A stretch of 60,394 nt of DNA, the filler included, from Trypethelium eluteriae (lineage: Eukaryota): the NCBI GenBank assembly GCA_051942245.1. It is 4 parts of 4 records of this genome, joined end to end, with 100 filler letters (N's around TTAATTAATTAA, not from the genome) between each part and the next. Parts side by side here need not be neighbours in the genome. Positions count along the whole stretch, not along the records: positions 1 to 15,111 come from JAVECL010000659.1; positions 15,212 to 30,218 come from JAVECL010000661.1; 2 more parts are not named here. The stretch is one strand, 5' to 3'. The position numbers and the translations under genes are program-made. Within the stretch, counting starts at the first letter, position 1. Each line of letters starts with the position of its first letter. Shown piece by piece: positions 12,817 through 25,295 of the stretch. The notes beneath the pieces were generated by a model. It did no database searches, had not been told where the DNA came from, and saw nothing but the letters and a program-made list of their open reading frames with translations.

Positions 12817-14653
12817 ATGTCGGAAGAGCTGATTGCTCAAAAGGACTATTCTGTGTAAGACAAGATCTATTTACTTAAGCTCAAGATATCAATACTAGAT
12901 AATGTTAATACCTGGACATCTCTCAAATCAGCTACCTAACATTACTTCAACAGGTGTAATGAAATACTCTCCCCAGTCTCCGACAATGAGAGTACTCTTT
13001 GGCAACAGCCTGGAAGAAATCTGAGCGTAGAGTCAGAGTCAGAGAAGGCCCTTATCGAGCGACTTGGTAGACAAAGACCGGAGAAGTTTCCAACCCTCTG
13101 GAAAGAGATCGGATTCTGCTTCTCAGTTGTCATGTCTCAGCTTCTGATAGTGAGTCCGAAGACCAATATCATCGACAGCGATAGCTAAAATACAGCTATT
13201 CAGGAATACTTCAGCAGTGGCTTTCTGGTCCTCATTCGCACTGTAGCCATAGATCTGGATCTTTCGTCTACTCCAGACACTTGGCCGGCTTCAGCTTTTG
13301 CTCTCACAGTCGCCTGCTTCCTACTGCCTTTCGGACGCGTGGCAGACATGTACGGTGGCTTTCCTGTGTACGTTGCTGGCACTATCTGGTTGGGAGTGTG
13401 GTCAGCCATTGCAGCGGTATCCAAGAACGCGCTGATGCTGGATATCTGTCGAGCTTTGCAGGGTCTCGGCCCAGCCGCGTTTCTCCCGGCAAGTCTCACG
13501 CTACTAGGCAGCATTTATCGACCAGGCCCTCGTAAGAATATCGTATTCAGCATATATGGAGCTATGGCTCCTATCGGCTACTGGATTGGATTTCTCTTTG
13601 CTGGTATCTCCGGCACTTTCATTACATGGCGGTGGTATTTCTACTTTGGCACGTTTCTTTCTCTCTTATCAGCATTCATCGCTTACCTCACCATTCCATC
13701 TGATATCCAAGAGCGAAGAAGAATGGGGATTAAGATGGATTGGTGGGGATCTATCACAATCATTGTTGGTCTTATCCTGTTTGTCTTTGCAATCACGGAA
13801 GTATCGAATGCACCAAATTTGTGGGCGACCAAATACATTATTGTCAGTCTTGTTCTTGGCGTCGTGTTTCTCATCGCTGCCATCTATGTGGAGGGCTGGG
13901 TAGCAGAGACGCCACTGTTACCTGCCGACATTTTTCATAGCAAGAGCATGAAGCCCCTCAATGTTGCACTACTATTTGCTTACGGCTCCACGGGCGTCTA
14001 CCTTCTTTACGTAACTTACTAGTAAGCCAATCCTTCTTTTCTTGCTTGCCACAGTTCAGCGTTAACCGTCAACCAGCATGGAAATCGTGATGGGTGCCAC
14101 CCCAATGCAAGTCGCCGCGTGGTACACTCCGCTCGTGCTCGGCGGTGTTCTCATCTCAACGGTTGGCGGGTTTGTCCTCCATATCATCCCGAATACGATT
14201 CTAATCATCTTTGCCTCTATCTGCGGAGTCATCGCCCCCTTGCTTTTCGTGCTCGCCCCGCCGGGCGCCAACTACTGGGCCTGGGTTCTCCCTTCACTGA
14301 TCTGCGGCACCCTCGCAATCGACATCATCTTCAACACCGCCAACATCTTCATCACAACTTCCCTACCAACGCGTCGGCAGGGGATTGCTGGTGCACTTGT
14401 GAACGTCCTTGTGCAGCTCGGCATGGCGGTTTGCCTGGGATGGGCCGACGTCGTCGCGGCAGCGACGGCGGAGCAGGGACTCACGAAAAGCATCAAGGCT
14501 GCATTGTTGTTTGAGGTTTCGTGCTCCGCTATGGCCTGCGTGCTGCTGGTTGGGTTTGTGAGGATCGATCGGGCTAAGAGCGATTTGACGGCTGATGAAA
14601 AAGAGGCGAGGGCGAGAATGGAGCTTGAGAGTCGCAGACGGGGAAGCGGATAA
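12817..14653 (+). CDS. MFS drug/H+ antiporter (DHA2-like, 14-TMS, aminotriazole-resistance type)
   Basis: Short first exon from ATG 12817, then ERLGRQRPEKFPTLWKEIGFCFSV, motif A LLPFGRVADMYGG, ICRALQGLGPAAF, GPRKNIVFSIYGA, MDWWG and C-terminal AKSDLTADEK. Introns ~12855-12953, ~13150-13204, ~14022-14076. Confidence 0.88.
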
Positions 14654-15111
14654 TGACTGATGGCTCAAATCCTCCTTTGATCTGAGTCTGAATGTACGAT
14701 GCTCACTGATGGGTCTTATGATAATGGGCGGCTAGCTTTGTCTTGGTAATGACTCGATGACATCTGCTTTGCTGCTCTTGATTTCTGGTAGATCTCTGGA
14801 CGGTATCTTGTTATGTTTCGATGTCTGTATAGCTAGCGTTTTAGATTACAATGTTACTGAGATGTATCTTGGTCCCACTTTTTCCTAGAAGAAGGCAATC
14901 CGACATCTGCGACATTATCAACATGCTGGAAGCTCCCCTCGGGCCCCCGGGTGATCCGAACCCAGAATCTGAGACCAAATGTAAGACACGGCTCGTCAGA
15001 TGAAGCAGACCAAAGTCTTCGGCCCAAATCGGGCAATCCTCTGCTTTATTCCCCAGAACGGCAATCTTGAGGCACTGCCCCCCTTCTACACGAACCCCTA
15101 TCCAATTGCCC

Positions 15112-15211
15112 NNNNNNNNNNNNNNNNNNNNNNNNNNNNNNNNNNNNNNNNNNNNTTAATTAATTAANNNNNNNNNNNNNNNNNNNNNNNNNNNNNNNNN
15201 NNNNNNNNNNN
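15112..15211. other. Artificial contig-joining linker N44-TTAATTAATTAA-N44
   Basis: 100 nt with a core containing stop codons in all six frames; identical at all three junctions. Confidence 0.98.
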
Positions 15212-16036
15212 GGAGGAGGAGGAGGAGGAGGTATCTGCGCCCCAAGCTGCAATGCTCCGAGCATTGAGCCGGGCTTCGCGCTTGAGGTGCTCCTCGTAAG
15301 TGGGAGCGAAATGATAGGCCCGGCGTTGGCTTCGAATTTTCATGGCTAATTACCCTTGACACTGAATGGAGAAGATGTTGGAGTATTTGAACTTGAATAA
15401 AGAAGTATTGTGTCTTCCGCTTGAATGCCCGATGTTATGAACGTGGAAGGCACGAAGTTTGAAATTTGATCGGAAAAGTTCGATGAGATGCTATTGAACA
15501 GTAACGAATTTTAATCTCTGACCTTCAAAACCTCAAACTATTGATAGGCCCTGTTCTCGAATAGATGTTTTTTGTGAGGCCAATGGTGGCTATACTGATT
15601 AGGCGGAAGACTAATATGAGAAGCTCAGGTAGGAGACTAATGGGGGGCTCAACCAAAGCTAAGAACGACGACAGAGTCAAACCTTATCGTGTCACGCCTG
15701 TGAATTGCGAGGAAACACTTCCTTTGTTGGCCATGCGTGGAGAGTTCCAATGGCATTGTCAAGCTCCTAATTCCCCAAAGGAGCTGCATGAGTCGACAAA
15801 GGAGACTGAATTCCTAAGAAACTACTCGAAATTCTGGTGCAGACATCATTCTGATCAATGTGAAGAGAATATTAACGAGAGAAAAAAGCCTTACAACTGC
15901 GACTCTTGATACTGCGACCATCAGGTCATCAACTATGCAGGTGGAGCTATCCAACATCATGCAGAGTATGAGTTGTACACTAGAAAATGATGCATACTCA
16001 TTTCTCAGATATTGTTACAATGGTTTATTACATCTG

Positions 16037-17591
16037 TCATGTTTCTTTCATCGGTTCCTCTCCTACGTAATGTAAATAGGCCCCAAGAAGCTTAATGCCT
16101 TCGATGTAATTCCTCCGATCTAATTTTTCGTTAATGCTGTGCGCTGCGTCTGTGCTGCTCCCCATAGGCAACAATAAGACGTTCTTTCCAGTTGCCTGTT
16201 CAAATGTCAGTGTCACGGGAATGCTTCCTCCTTCCCTCGTCAAGTCAGGCTTGACACCCCAGACATGCTCCACCGCCTTCGCCGCTGCGGTAAAGTTCCA
16301 ATGCTTCGGGCTCGCGACCCACCACTTTCCTGCGTGTTGCAGCTTCGCATTACACTTGTTTTTCGAATTCAGAGCTGCGAATGTCTTATCGATGTGGGCA
16401 AAGACGGCTTTGTTGACAGCTTCGATTTCCATGTTCGGGACGGTGCGGATGCTAAATTTCCCAATCACCTTGGCGGGGATGACGGTCTTGGCACCAGGAG
16501 CAGAAAAGGCACCCTCGACACCATGGAGGGAGAGCGAAGGATACCGCCAGCGGCCCATAAGAGTGCGTTCTTTGTCGGAGAAGATAGAAGTCTGGCTGCC
16601 TAGAGACTCGTAGAGGTTGTCCATGGTAAAAGCAATATCTCCATACAGACTCTTTTCGTCGTCCGTGAGAGGCGCAACTTGTTCCTTGATACCGGGTATC
16701 AGAATATTGCCATCCTTGTCGACAAGGCTGGCCATGACGCGCACAAGGTCAGTCATGGGCTCCTGTGCGGTGCCGCCAAATACACCGCTGTGGAGGTCTT
16801 GACCTGGACCGCTGATTTCGATGCTATAATAATTACAGCCGCGAAGACCATATGTGAGGCAGGGCTTCTCCGTCCCAAGCCAGTAGTTGTCAGAAATGCA
16901 GACGGCATCAGCATCCTTGAAGAATTTCTTTGCTTCGTCGTTGATAAAGTCGTCGAGTCCTTCAGAACCGTATTCTTCCATTCCTTCAAAGCACATCAGG
17001 AGATTCACGGGAAAATCAACACCAGCTTTCTTGTGAGCCTCAATGGCATTTAGCCAACCCAGCACTGGACCTTTGTCATCTGTGCTACCCCGACCATACA
17101 TGCGCCCCTTCGAGTCCACCGTGAGTTCGAATGGTGCAGTGGCCCAACCATCTTCCTTCAAAGCCGGTTGGACATCGTAATGTCCGTAGACGAGTATCGT
17201 TCGCTTCTTGGTGTCATTGCCATATCGCGCAATGACTACGGGAGGAAGTTCAAGGTACTCCTTGTGCGGTTGCTTGCCAAGAGGTCGTAATTGAACTTCT
17301 GCGCCGAGACTCTCGAGTTCAGAGGCGAGGAACTTGCCCATCTAGCCATAAATCATCAGTCATGCCTCCTTCTAGAAAAACAACCTGTCCCAGGCGCGAG
17401 CCCTTCTCAATTGCTGGTTTTGTGTTCTCCTCCAATGAATGCCGCAACTAAGCACCCACCTTGACAACATCCCCTCTCCTCTCATCATCTGCCGACACTG
17501 AAGGTATGCCGACCGCCTTTCTTAGTCTTTCGATGAAGTTCTCAGATAGAGCATCCACTTGTCTGAAGTAAGAATCAAGCTGCGGAGCCAT
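16037..17591 (-). CDS. DUG1: Cys-Gly metallodipeptidase / cytosolic non-specific dipeptidase (M20A)
   Basis: Exon 1 MAPQLDSYFRQVD...IPSVSA; intron 17342-17459. M20 metal-ligand motifs YGHYDVQP, GRGSTDDKGP, EGMEEYGS, DLHSG and AHSINEK. Confidence 0.93.
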
Positions 17592-18350
17592 CTTATCTGT
17601 CTTGGGACTGTATATGTACGGCCAGGCGTTTACGGTTGAGGAGTGTGGTCTTGTGATAGCCCGTCGGATAGATGGCGGTTTGGTGCGATCAATGGATGGA
17701 TGCTTGGATTGTGCAGAATTCCAGAGGCTTTTCGAGTACTGAGAGAAGCTTGAGAGGGAGTAATCGCTCGAATTTTTGCAACAGGTTTTCAGGAGGGGTA
17801 AGTAAACGCGGGGCATTGGAAATCGAGGTGTCTGCTAGAGAGCGCGCATTGTTCGACGACAAATTCGCTCTAGCAAGCCCTACGGGAATCCTTGCACTAG
17901 TCTCTTCCCAAAATAGTTACTTCAAACATGAATCCTCCATAAAAGTCATTCATTATTTCGTCTAGTTTCAGGAATGTCATAAGCACATGCGCTGAGGTAA
18001 ATGGTGCAAATCGGCCTGTGCATCTCACTACACACGATAGAGGTAGACTGTAGCTACACCATTGCATATCCCTTGCCAAAATATTCAAGAAGAGGTGTAG
18101 AGGTATGCAGGGTCGGACTAGAAACACAGCGAGCTGGATAAAGTGATTTCCGATATGACCCCTTTTTCTAATCTTGGGATTGTTCTATCACACTTTTTCA
18201 TCTCCGCTCCTCCCACCTCACCAGTTCTTTGCCACCTTCTCAACAAAACTCTTCCTTCCGTACTGAAGCACCTCTTAGCTATTGGGGCTTGGAATACTTC
18301 GATAGAGACGGGGCAAATCTTTGAGGGACAAGCTTGCAAATCAAGATCGG

Positions 18351-19774
18351 TCAACAATTTTGAAGCCGCATGTCCCTTTGCAGTTCCGCATAGATATCCG
18401 GGCTCAGGTATGATGTAATGCTCAAGGAGTCATTCTCGATCTTGCAGGCAATGTACGTCTGTACACCGCGTGTCTCCTCAAGGTTTCGGTCTCTGCATGC
18501 CTGGGTGAGAGCGCCAAGGTAGCGATCTGCGAGGTCGCACTGACAGCTGTTTCGCTGACGAATAAATGAGGCCAGGCCTTGAGCGGTATTCCAGTCGTTC
18601 TTGGCGTAATGCTTCACCGGTAAGTACACCTTCACGTTTTTGCGCCTCGACGTTGGATGCGCTTCTATGTAAAAGAGTATCCCGGAGGTCTCGTGCTCTA
18701 CCGACGGGAGCTGTCTCATTGAATCAAATGGCTCGTCTTCATTAAACAAGATTTCCCACAGTCTGCGAAGCTCTCCTAGTCCATTTCCAATCGTCGAGGG
18801 ATCTTCATACAAGCTCATAATCTTCTCGACGCTTGCGAATGAAGTATCGGAAGATCTGACATAGATCTTCATTCGTGATTTTGTTGGTACAACGCAGTCA
18901 AACGCGATCATGAACGGGTCGAGAAATTTTGTTTCTGTCCATTTTCTCAAATCCTTGCTCAGTTCCCCCAGAGACACCCATTCGGTATCCTGAGCAAATT
19001 GCTCCATGGTGTCTATTAAAAGCTGCTGACTTGGGCGCTTCGATACAAAAGATCGAGCTTTAGGCATCATATACACCTTCACCAGAGGCTCACCTTTACT
19101 AAGCTCGAAAGCCAAGAACATGGTGGAAATGCTCGCTTGTACTGGAGATGGCTCTGGTGTGCCCGATCTCCTGGAGTCGGTGAACGGAAGTAGCTTGCCT
19201 GCAAGCTGATGGAACCATTGCAAGTCGAGCTTGTTCATCCCTCCTCCCAGACGCTGAATCAATTGGAGCGTGGTCGTCATGTTCCACGGATCGACGGAGC
19301 TTCCAGCTTGGTATCCGATGGCCTCAATACTGAAGCGTACCCTTCTCTCAGGCAATTCGTTCCCACTGCCCCAATTCCAACTGAACTCCAACGGCGTAAA
19401 ATCGTCAGTCATGAAACTCTTCCAAGTGGCGGGATGTCCTCCTGATGTTGGCCTGGGCCCAAGACTTGGCACCACGAAGTTGCGATAGAATTCAAACGTC
19501 TTCCGCTGCTCATCGCTACTGTAGCCACCGTACGAGACCAATTTTTCAAGAAAAATACCAGTGGCAGTCAACCAGAATAAGGCATCATCTGATGAGCGTG
19601 AAACCCTGTCGTATGAGGGAAGATTGACACGCAATCGATCCTGCTCGGCATACTCAGCCCTTGGTGTGCTGTACGGAAGAGCGTCTGCAGACTTACCCTC
19701 TTGGACTCAATGTCGATTTCGTGCAAACTAGGAGTACACGCGGTGTAGACATCATGATGGGTGAGGAAATGCAT
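18351..19774 (-). CDS. DMATS-superfamily (ABBA) aromatic prenyltransferase, resembling the tyrosine-O/phenol prenyltransferase type
   Basis: Motifs VVPSLGPRP, WKSFMTDDFTPLEFSWNW, VRFSIEAIG..AG...DPWN, VKVY, RMKIYVR, VKVYLPVKHY and QTYIAC...ITSYLSP. Probable exon 1 from ATG 19774 with a phase-0 intron 19641-19696 (GTAAGT...GCTGAG...CAG). Confidence 0.93.
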
Positions 19775-20619
19775 TTGATGAAATTATCTGGAGTCCTCAA
19801 AACTCTCGGGCGGGATCCTGGGCTCGTCCTGGCTTACTCAGAGCAGAATTAGGTCTATTATACTCCGTACTAGGTATCTTCCCTCTCTTCCTTTCCCGTT
19901 AATTTTAGCTCTTTCCGCTTTCATTCAAAGCTTATTTCTCAGAATTCTCACTTGGAGGGGCCAGAAAAGCTATCGAGATCAAACCATCGGCCATCTTCCA
20001 TGACCTCACACGATCGCTGTGGTACGTCATAACGTGGTGCATTCACCACCCTCTATCGGTGCAATTCAGGTCTGAACCTTAACTATTGGGCATTCACGAT
20101 ACTAGGCCATTATGGGAAGTTGTATCGAGTGAACAGGCATACAATGAGAGTTCACATGCTTCAGGGGTACATTCTCGGAAAATACCGCCCAAGCCATTTC
20201 TCATGCACGACAGTCGATATTGCACAGTCCAATGGCTGATGTACAGGGAAGTTTCCGATCAGTATTACTGGATGAATGGGCTGATTGGCAATCTCAGTAA
20301 GGCAAGTACCGGATACACTGCAGCAGGCATTAGTCACGAGAAATGTGTCTCAGTTGCCGAGTTTTTTGGATTGCTGCTTGCTTTCAAGCGTCAAGCGATT
20401 TGTGACAAGCCGCCTTGGAGTTCAAAAGCTTGAACAAGGGTTTTTATGACAGAGAGGACTTGCAGGAACAAAAAATTTGGATATCGCGCTTTCACAAATC
20501 AGTCGCTCGAGTTCTTTTCTTAGTTTTGCGCTTCGCTAAGACATGTTTTCGGGTTCACATCTGTTCCTAAACACCTTCTGTGAGGCTCTCGACCTTCAAC
20601 ACATCTTTTCTACGAAACA

Positions 20620-22137
20620 ATGGGTGCACCTATCGCGGCACTTTCTGTCGTCCTCTGGTTCGCAGTCATTGTGGCCTGGAAATGGGCACAACGCCTTTGG
20701 ATTGCTCGCGAGAACGAATTGAAGATCACGGAGAACCACTGCCAGCCGGTCAAGACATTATATCGAAATCCAATATATCTAGGCCTTGATGTTGTTTATG
20801 AGATGTTTCAGACGTACTATAGCGGCACTCGCAATCGCCAGCTACAGAAGCAGTTTCAAGATCTGGGTGAAACCTTTCGGATGCAGCCTTCTGGGACAGC
20901 CCGTATCTTCACAATTGATCCTTTGAACGTTAAAGCAGCGTTTGGCGGGCAAATTGATTGTTGGGGTGTAGAGCCTCTCCGATTAGAAGCTTTCAGACCG
21001 TTGGTGGGAGCTGGTGTCTTGGTCACGGATGGTGCGCGCTGGACGCACGCTCGTGGTCCATCTCAGTCATACATTGATCAGATCTACCGCTTTCATAAAG
21101 AGGATCTGTCAACTTTTGATGACCATATCGAGCTTCTGCTAGGGCTCATCCCAGCCGATGGATCCACCGTCGACCTCAAGCCAATATTCAATCGATACAT
21201 GGCTGACTCCGGGACAGCGCACATACTCGGCAGATCGATTGGTGCTCTTCAGTCCGGCCCAGCTGGAGACGAAGGATTAAGATTCATGAAAGCCGCTCTC
21301 CACGGAATCGACATGAGTGGGAAGCGTGACGAACTGCCGCAATGGACACAGCTGGTGTTGAATCATGAGTTTCGAAAGTCCTGTAGAATTGTCCATGAGG
21401 TAGTGGATCGAACTGTCAACCAGGCTCTAGAGCATCTTCGGGATCCTGCGATTTCCAAGCAAGAAAGTGCAAACCTTGCCATTGAATGGGCCAAACTGAT
21501 CCAAGACCCATTGGAAATACGAAACCAGGTTCTCAACATGCTGATTGCAAATTTAGATACGATTCCGATAACGCTGACAAATGTGTTCTTTCATCTCGCC
21601 CGCAACCCGAAGTGCTACGAAAAGCTTCGCAGAGAAGTCATGCAGTACGAGGGAGATCTAACTGGTGACAGCCTCCGATCTCTTCACTACCTCCAGGCAG
21701 TGATCAATGAGACGATGCGTCTGAATACTGCTGGATCATTCAACGCTCGCATAGCACTGAAGGATAATGTCCTCCCAAGGGGAGGAGGCCCGGATGGAAC
21801 TGCGCCAGTGTTTGTCCCGCAGGGGGACATCGTAATTTGCAGTGTGTACGCTCTCCAGCGCCGTCCTGAAGTCTTCGGTGAAGACGCGGACTCCTTCACT
21901 CCCGAAAGATGGAATCACATCAAGCCCAAAACCTGGGAGTACATGCCTTTCAGCGCCGGCCCGCGGGTCTGTCCCGGCCAAAAATTAGCACGTATTCAGG
22001 TTGCCTACGTTTTGTTTTCTCTTGTTCGCCGCTTCAAGGCAGTGGAGAATCGCGATCCCGTGCTCGAGTATGTGGAGGAGTACAGGGTAGCTACGGCAAG
22101 TAAAAATGGTGCAAAGGTCGCCTTGCATTGGGAGTAA
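20620..22137 (+). CDS. Cytochrome P450, CYP52-clan-like, intronless
   Basis: 505 aa with an N-terminal TM anchor. IFTIDPLNVKA, GVLVTDGARWTHAR, ExxR (ETMR), LPRGGGPDGTAPVFVP (typical of the CYP52 clan), PERW and heme motif FSAGPRVCPG. Confidence 0.95.
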   Translation: MGAPIAALSVVLWFAVIVAWKWAQRLWIARENELKITENHCQPVKTLYRNPIYLGLDVVYEMFQTYYSGTRNRQLQKQFQDLGETFRMQPSGTARIFTIDPLNVKAAFGGQIDCWGVEPLRLEAFRPLVGAGVLVTDGARWTHARGPSQSYIDQIYRFHKEDLSTFDDHIELLLGLIPADGSTVDLKPIFNRYMADSGTAHILGRSIGALQSGPAGDEGLRFMKAALHGIDMSGKRDELPQWTQLVLNHEFRKSCRIVHEVVDRTVNQALEHLRDPAISKQESANLAIEWAKLIQDPLEIRNQVLNMLIANLDTIPITLTNVFFHLARNPKCYEKLRREVMQYEGDLTGDSLRSLHYLQAVINETMRLNTAGSFNARIALKDNVLPRGGGPDGTAPVFVPQGDIVICSVYALQRRPEVFGEDADSFTPERWNHIKPKTWEYMPFSAGPRVCPGQKLARIQVAYVLFSLVRRFKAVENRDPVLEYVEEYRVATASKNGAKVALHWE

Positions 22138-23355
22138 GCGTTGAGCTTGAAATTGACGATATGCATACACTCAAAAGAGATAACGAAAAAGAGATATTTT
22201 TGGAATCAGGCTCGTTGTGCTCGCTAGTCCCATCAGTGATGCCCAATCTCTGTCACCCGCATTGCATGTATCGCATGAACTCAATTGAGATTTTTCTGCG
22301 TGCATCAGGGATAGTATCTTCGATGAAGATGGCGTTGCAATATCTTGAAACCGGATTGGCGTACGTCGTGTAGCTTTTTGTTGCGCACCGCATATGGCCA
22401 TTACTATGGGACAATCCGAAAATGAGGCACGAAAGAACTGCCGCACAATCGGGAGGGAGATGTCCACTGTGCGTCGTGGGCTCTAGTTGAAGAAATATGG
22501 AGGTTGCCGGAATCCGTGGTCTGTGCGCAAGAGGAACTTCGGCAACCTTAAATTTTTCTGAAGATACGGGATAGGCTGTCGATATCGTCTCACCAGCTTC
22601 AATCTGGCCAAGTTGCCTGAATTTAGCTAATGACACCATTGGCCTTCCAATTCCCGCATGGAGCGATCATAACTTGATAAACATCATGTGGTACGGAGTA
22701 ACACTTCGGCATCGCAGATTGAGTTCACCCTCAAGTTTTAGGTTGGTTCCGCTTTTGCTCCCGTCTAACGTGAACCATGCTCGCGCTGAATCTCTATCGG
22801 AAATCCCCAGGACTTGGATGGAATTCTCCATTCGCCGGAGCATCAGGACATTCAAGGAAAATGCTCCGGCAGAATATCAATTTTCAAGGTTCCTTCTCAT
22901 TTCGTGCCGCCATCACATCGCGTCACTAGAGTATCGTGTGACATGAGGTCGCCGCCGAAGCGTGCATAGCCTTTTCGATGCAGAGGAACACCCAACGTCT
23001 TCCGCCAGATCTATCTGGTAGAGAGATTGCTTGCATTAGCGGGCAATGGCGTGGCTTGGCTGGAGCCTGAGGCTCTCGTCATCGCTTCTGTGCCGTAACC
23101 GCCGCAGACGCTGAATTGCACTTGTCTCACAAATCAGCATGAATTGAACATGCGCCGTGGGCACCGCCTCCTCTCCTCTCTGCCAACGTCTCGTCCATTT
23201 CCCTAAGTCCGTTGTCTCAGTCTTTATTGCTTCTATTGAAAAAATTTCAGATGACATGCAACTGACCCAACAATCTTTCCATCTATTTTCTACTACGTCA
23301 TTTCACACTTTCCTAAGGCCGGAAAGGGACTCTCATCTCCAAGACAGGGGTCGAT

Positions 23356-25295
23356 ATGGATGCTGAACAGCATGACATGTCAATGCAGCTCAAAGGAATC
23401 GTCCTACTCTTTGTAATCATCGTGAGTTATCTATTCTGGATCCGTTACTTGAACGGACTCGGCGGCATACCCGGACCATTCCTCGCAAGCTTGAGTAGCT
23501 TTTGGAAATGGTATGTAGTATGGAAGGAAGAGATGCCCTGGCGAAATGCTGCCTTGCATGAGAAGTATGGACCTTTAGTTCGCATAGGACCAAAACACGT
23601 GTCCGCCTCTAGCCTAGAAGCCCTGCATGCCGTACACATTCATAAGAAAGGATTTCAGAAGGTACCGCGACTCTGCCAGATACTAGTACTTTCACACTGA
23701 TGTGCTGAGGCGTTCCAGAGTGCGATGTATGAGATCTTGCAGCCCCAGCTCGATAAAGCGCCTTTACACAATGTATTCTCGACTCGAAACGTCGAATATC
23801 ACAGTGCCCTCAAGCGCACCATCGGTGGTCTATATAATATGTCTACAGTCACGGAGGTAGAACCGAATATTGACCGAAGCATTCAGACGTTCATTTCTCG
23901 TCTCGAAGATATTACGAACTTGCAGTCTGCAACTGTCGACATGAGCGCATGGCTCCAGTTCTGGACTTTCGATACAATAGGAGAGATAGACTTTTCTCAG
24001 CCGATTGGGTTCCTGGAAGCCGGTGCAGATATTGATGGAATCTGCGAACGGGATCATGAGATGATGCTTTACTACGCAGTGGTGGGTACTGTACCCAATA
24101 GATGTGAGACAGAAGAGAGAAACCATGACTATAAGCCTACTCTGCTGTCACGTCCCTTATATTGAAGTCGCCCATCCTGCTTTTTGTGTAAACTGACTAG
24201 TCTGCATAGTGGGGTCAAGTGCCGAACATTGAGAAATTTGCCTCCAGGTGGCTCTGGAACAAAGCATTAAAGCCGAATCGTTTGTACACTGTAAGCTCCC
24301 AAGTACTCGTACAGAATTCACGTCCCCAAACTCATGTGACCAAGTGGACAGTCGATCTTGTCAAGAGTCGCCTTGATCATCCAACGGAGTCAAAGGATAT
24401 GCTCAACTCGCTTCTACACCTGCACAAAACTGACCCGGACCGACTCAGCTTGCGGGAAGTTACAGGAGCAGCTTACATCAATCTGTAAGTACCCTCCATA
24501 AGTTGGACAGTGATGAACAGAGCTCAATTCTATAGCGTTACGGCACATGACGTATTGGCCATCGCTCTTAGGGCAATAATGTATTACGTTTGCCGTGATC
24601 AGTCGGTCTACCGCAAATTGAATGAGGAAATACTCCAGGCCGAGAGGCTTGGAAACCTATCAGAACCGTCGAAATATGTGGAAGTAGTGTTGTTACCATA
24701 CTTGTTAGCTAAGACTGCATATCGCTGAATCAGCATTCCGAAAATTTCCTCTAATCTTTGTGTCGGATACAGGTCTGCTGTCATTAATGAGGCACTTCGC
24801 ATCCACCCTAGTACGGGAACCATCTTTGAACGAGACGTTCCTCCAGAGGGTATACTACTGCACGGGAAACGCATTCCCACTGGGACTGTTATCGGAGTCA
24901 ATGCCTGGGTCATGAACAGGAATAAGGGAGTGTTCGGCGAAGACGTAGAGCGTTTTCGACCAGAGAGATGGATTGACAACTCCGAAGAGAAGATTAGGTT
25001 GATGAAGAAGAATCTGCTCACTGTTGGTCTCTCTCGCCCTTCCATACACGCTAGAAGTCACATTCAAAACTCTTACTGACCTTTTTGACAACCCTTCCAG
25101 TTTGGTGCAGGAGCACGTAGTTGCATCGGGAAGAATATAGCCATGATGCAACTCCTAAAGGTCATCGTAGAGCTCTACCGACATTTTGACATAGAGCTTG
25201 CCGATCCGAAGAAAGAGTGGCACATCTCTGGAGGCTGGCTTACAAGACAGACACAAATGGACATGGTGCTTACTAAGAAGCTCCAGAGGGCGTAA
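23356..25295 (+). CDS. Cytochrome P450 (pisatin-demethylase-like clan), ~7 exons
   Basis: TM anchor and IPGPFLASLSSFW, HEKYGPLVRIGP, WLQFWTFDTIGEIDFS, ExxR (EALRIHP), FRPERW and heme motif FGAGARSCIGKN in the last exon. Introns ~23662-23719, 24082-24209, 24291-24343, 24485-24535, ~24704-24772, ~25024-25100. Stop TAA 25293-25295. Confidence 0.9.

Noticed and set aside
12817..14653. MFS transporter as the exporter of the DMATS/P450 cluster
   Set aside because: It lies on a different contig, separated by the artificial linker at 15112-15211.
15156..15167. TTAATTAATTAA repeated three times at ~15 kb spacing as a biological repeat (e.g. piggyBac TTAA site)
   Set aside because: Always centred in exactly 44+44 Ns; it is a six-frame-stop assembly spacer.
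22140..23350. Hidden fourth cluster gene between the two P450s
   Set aside because: Only short ORFs (60-130 aa) with no recognisable motif or consistent splice pattern; a relic cannot be excluded without BLASTX.
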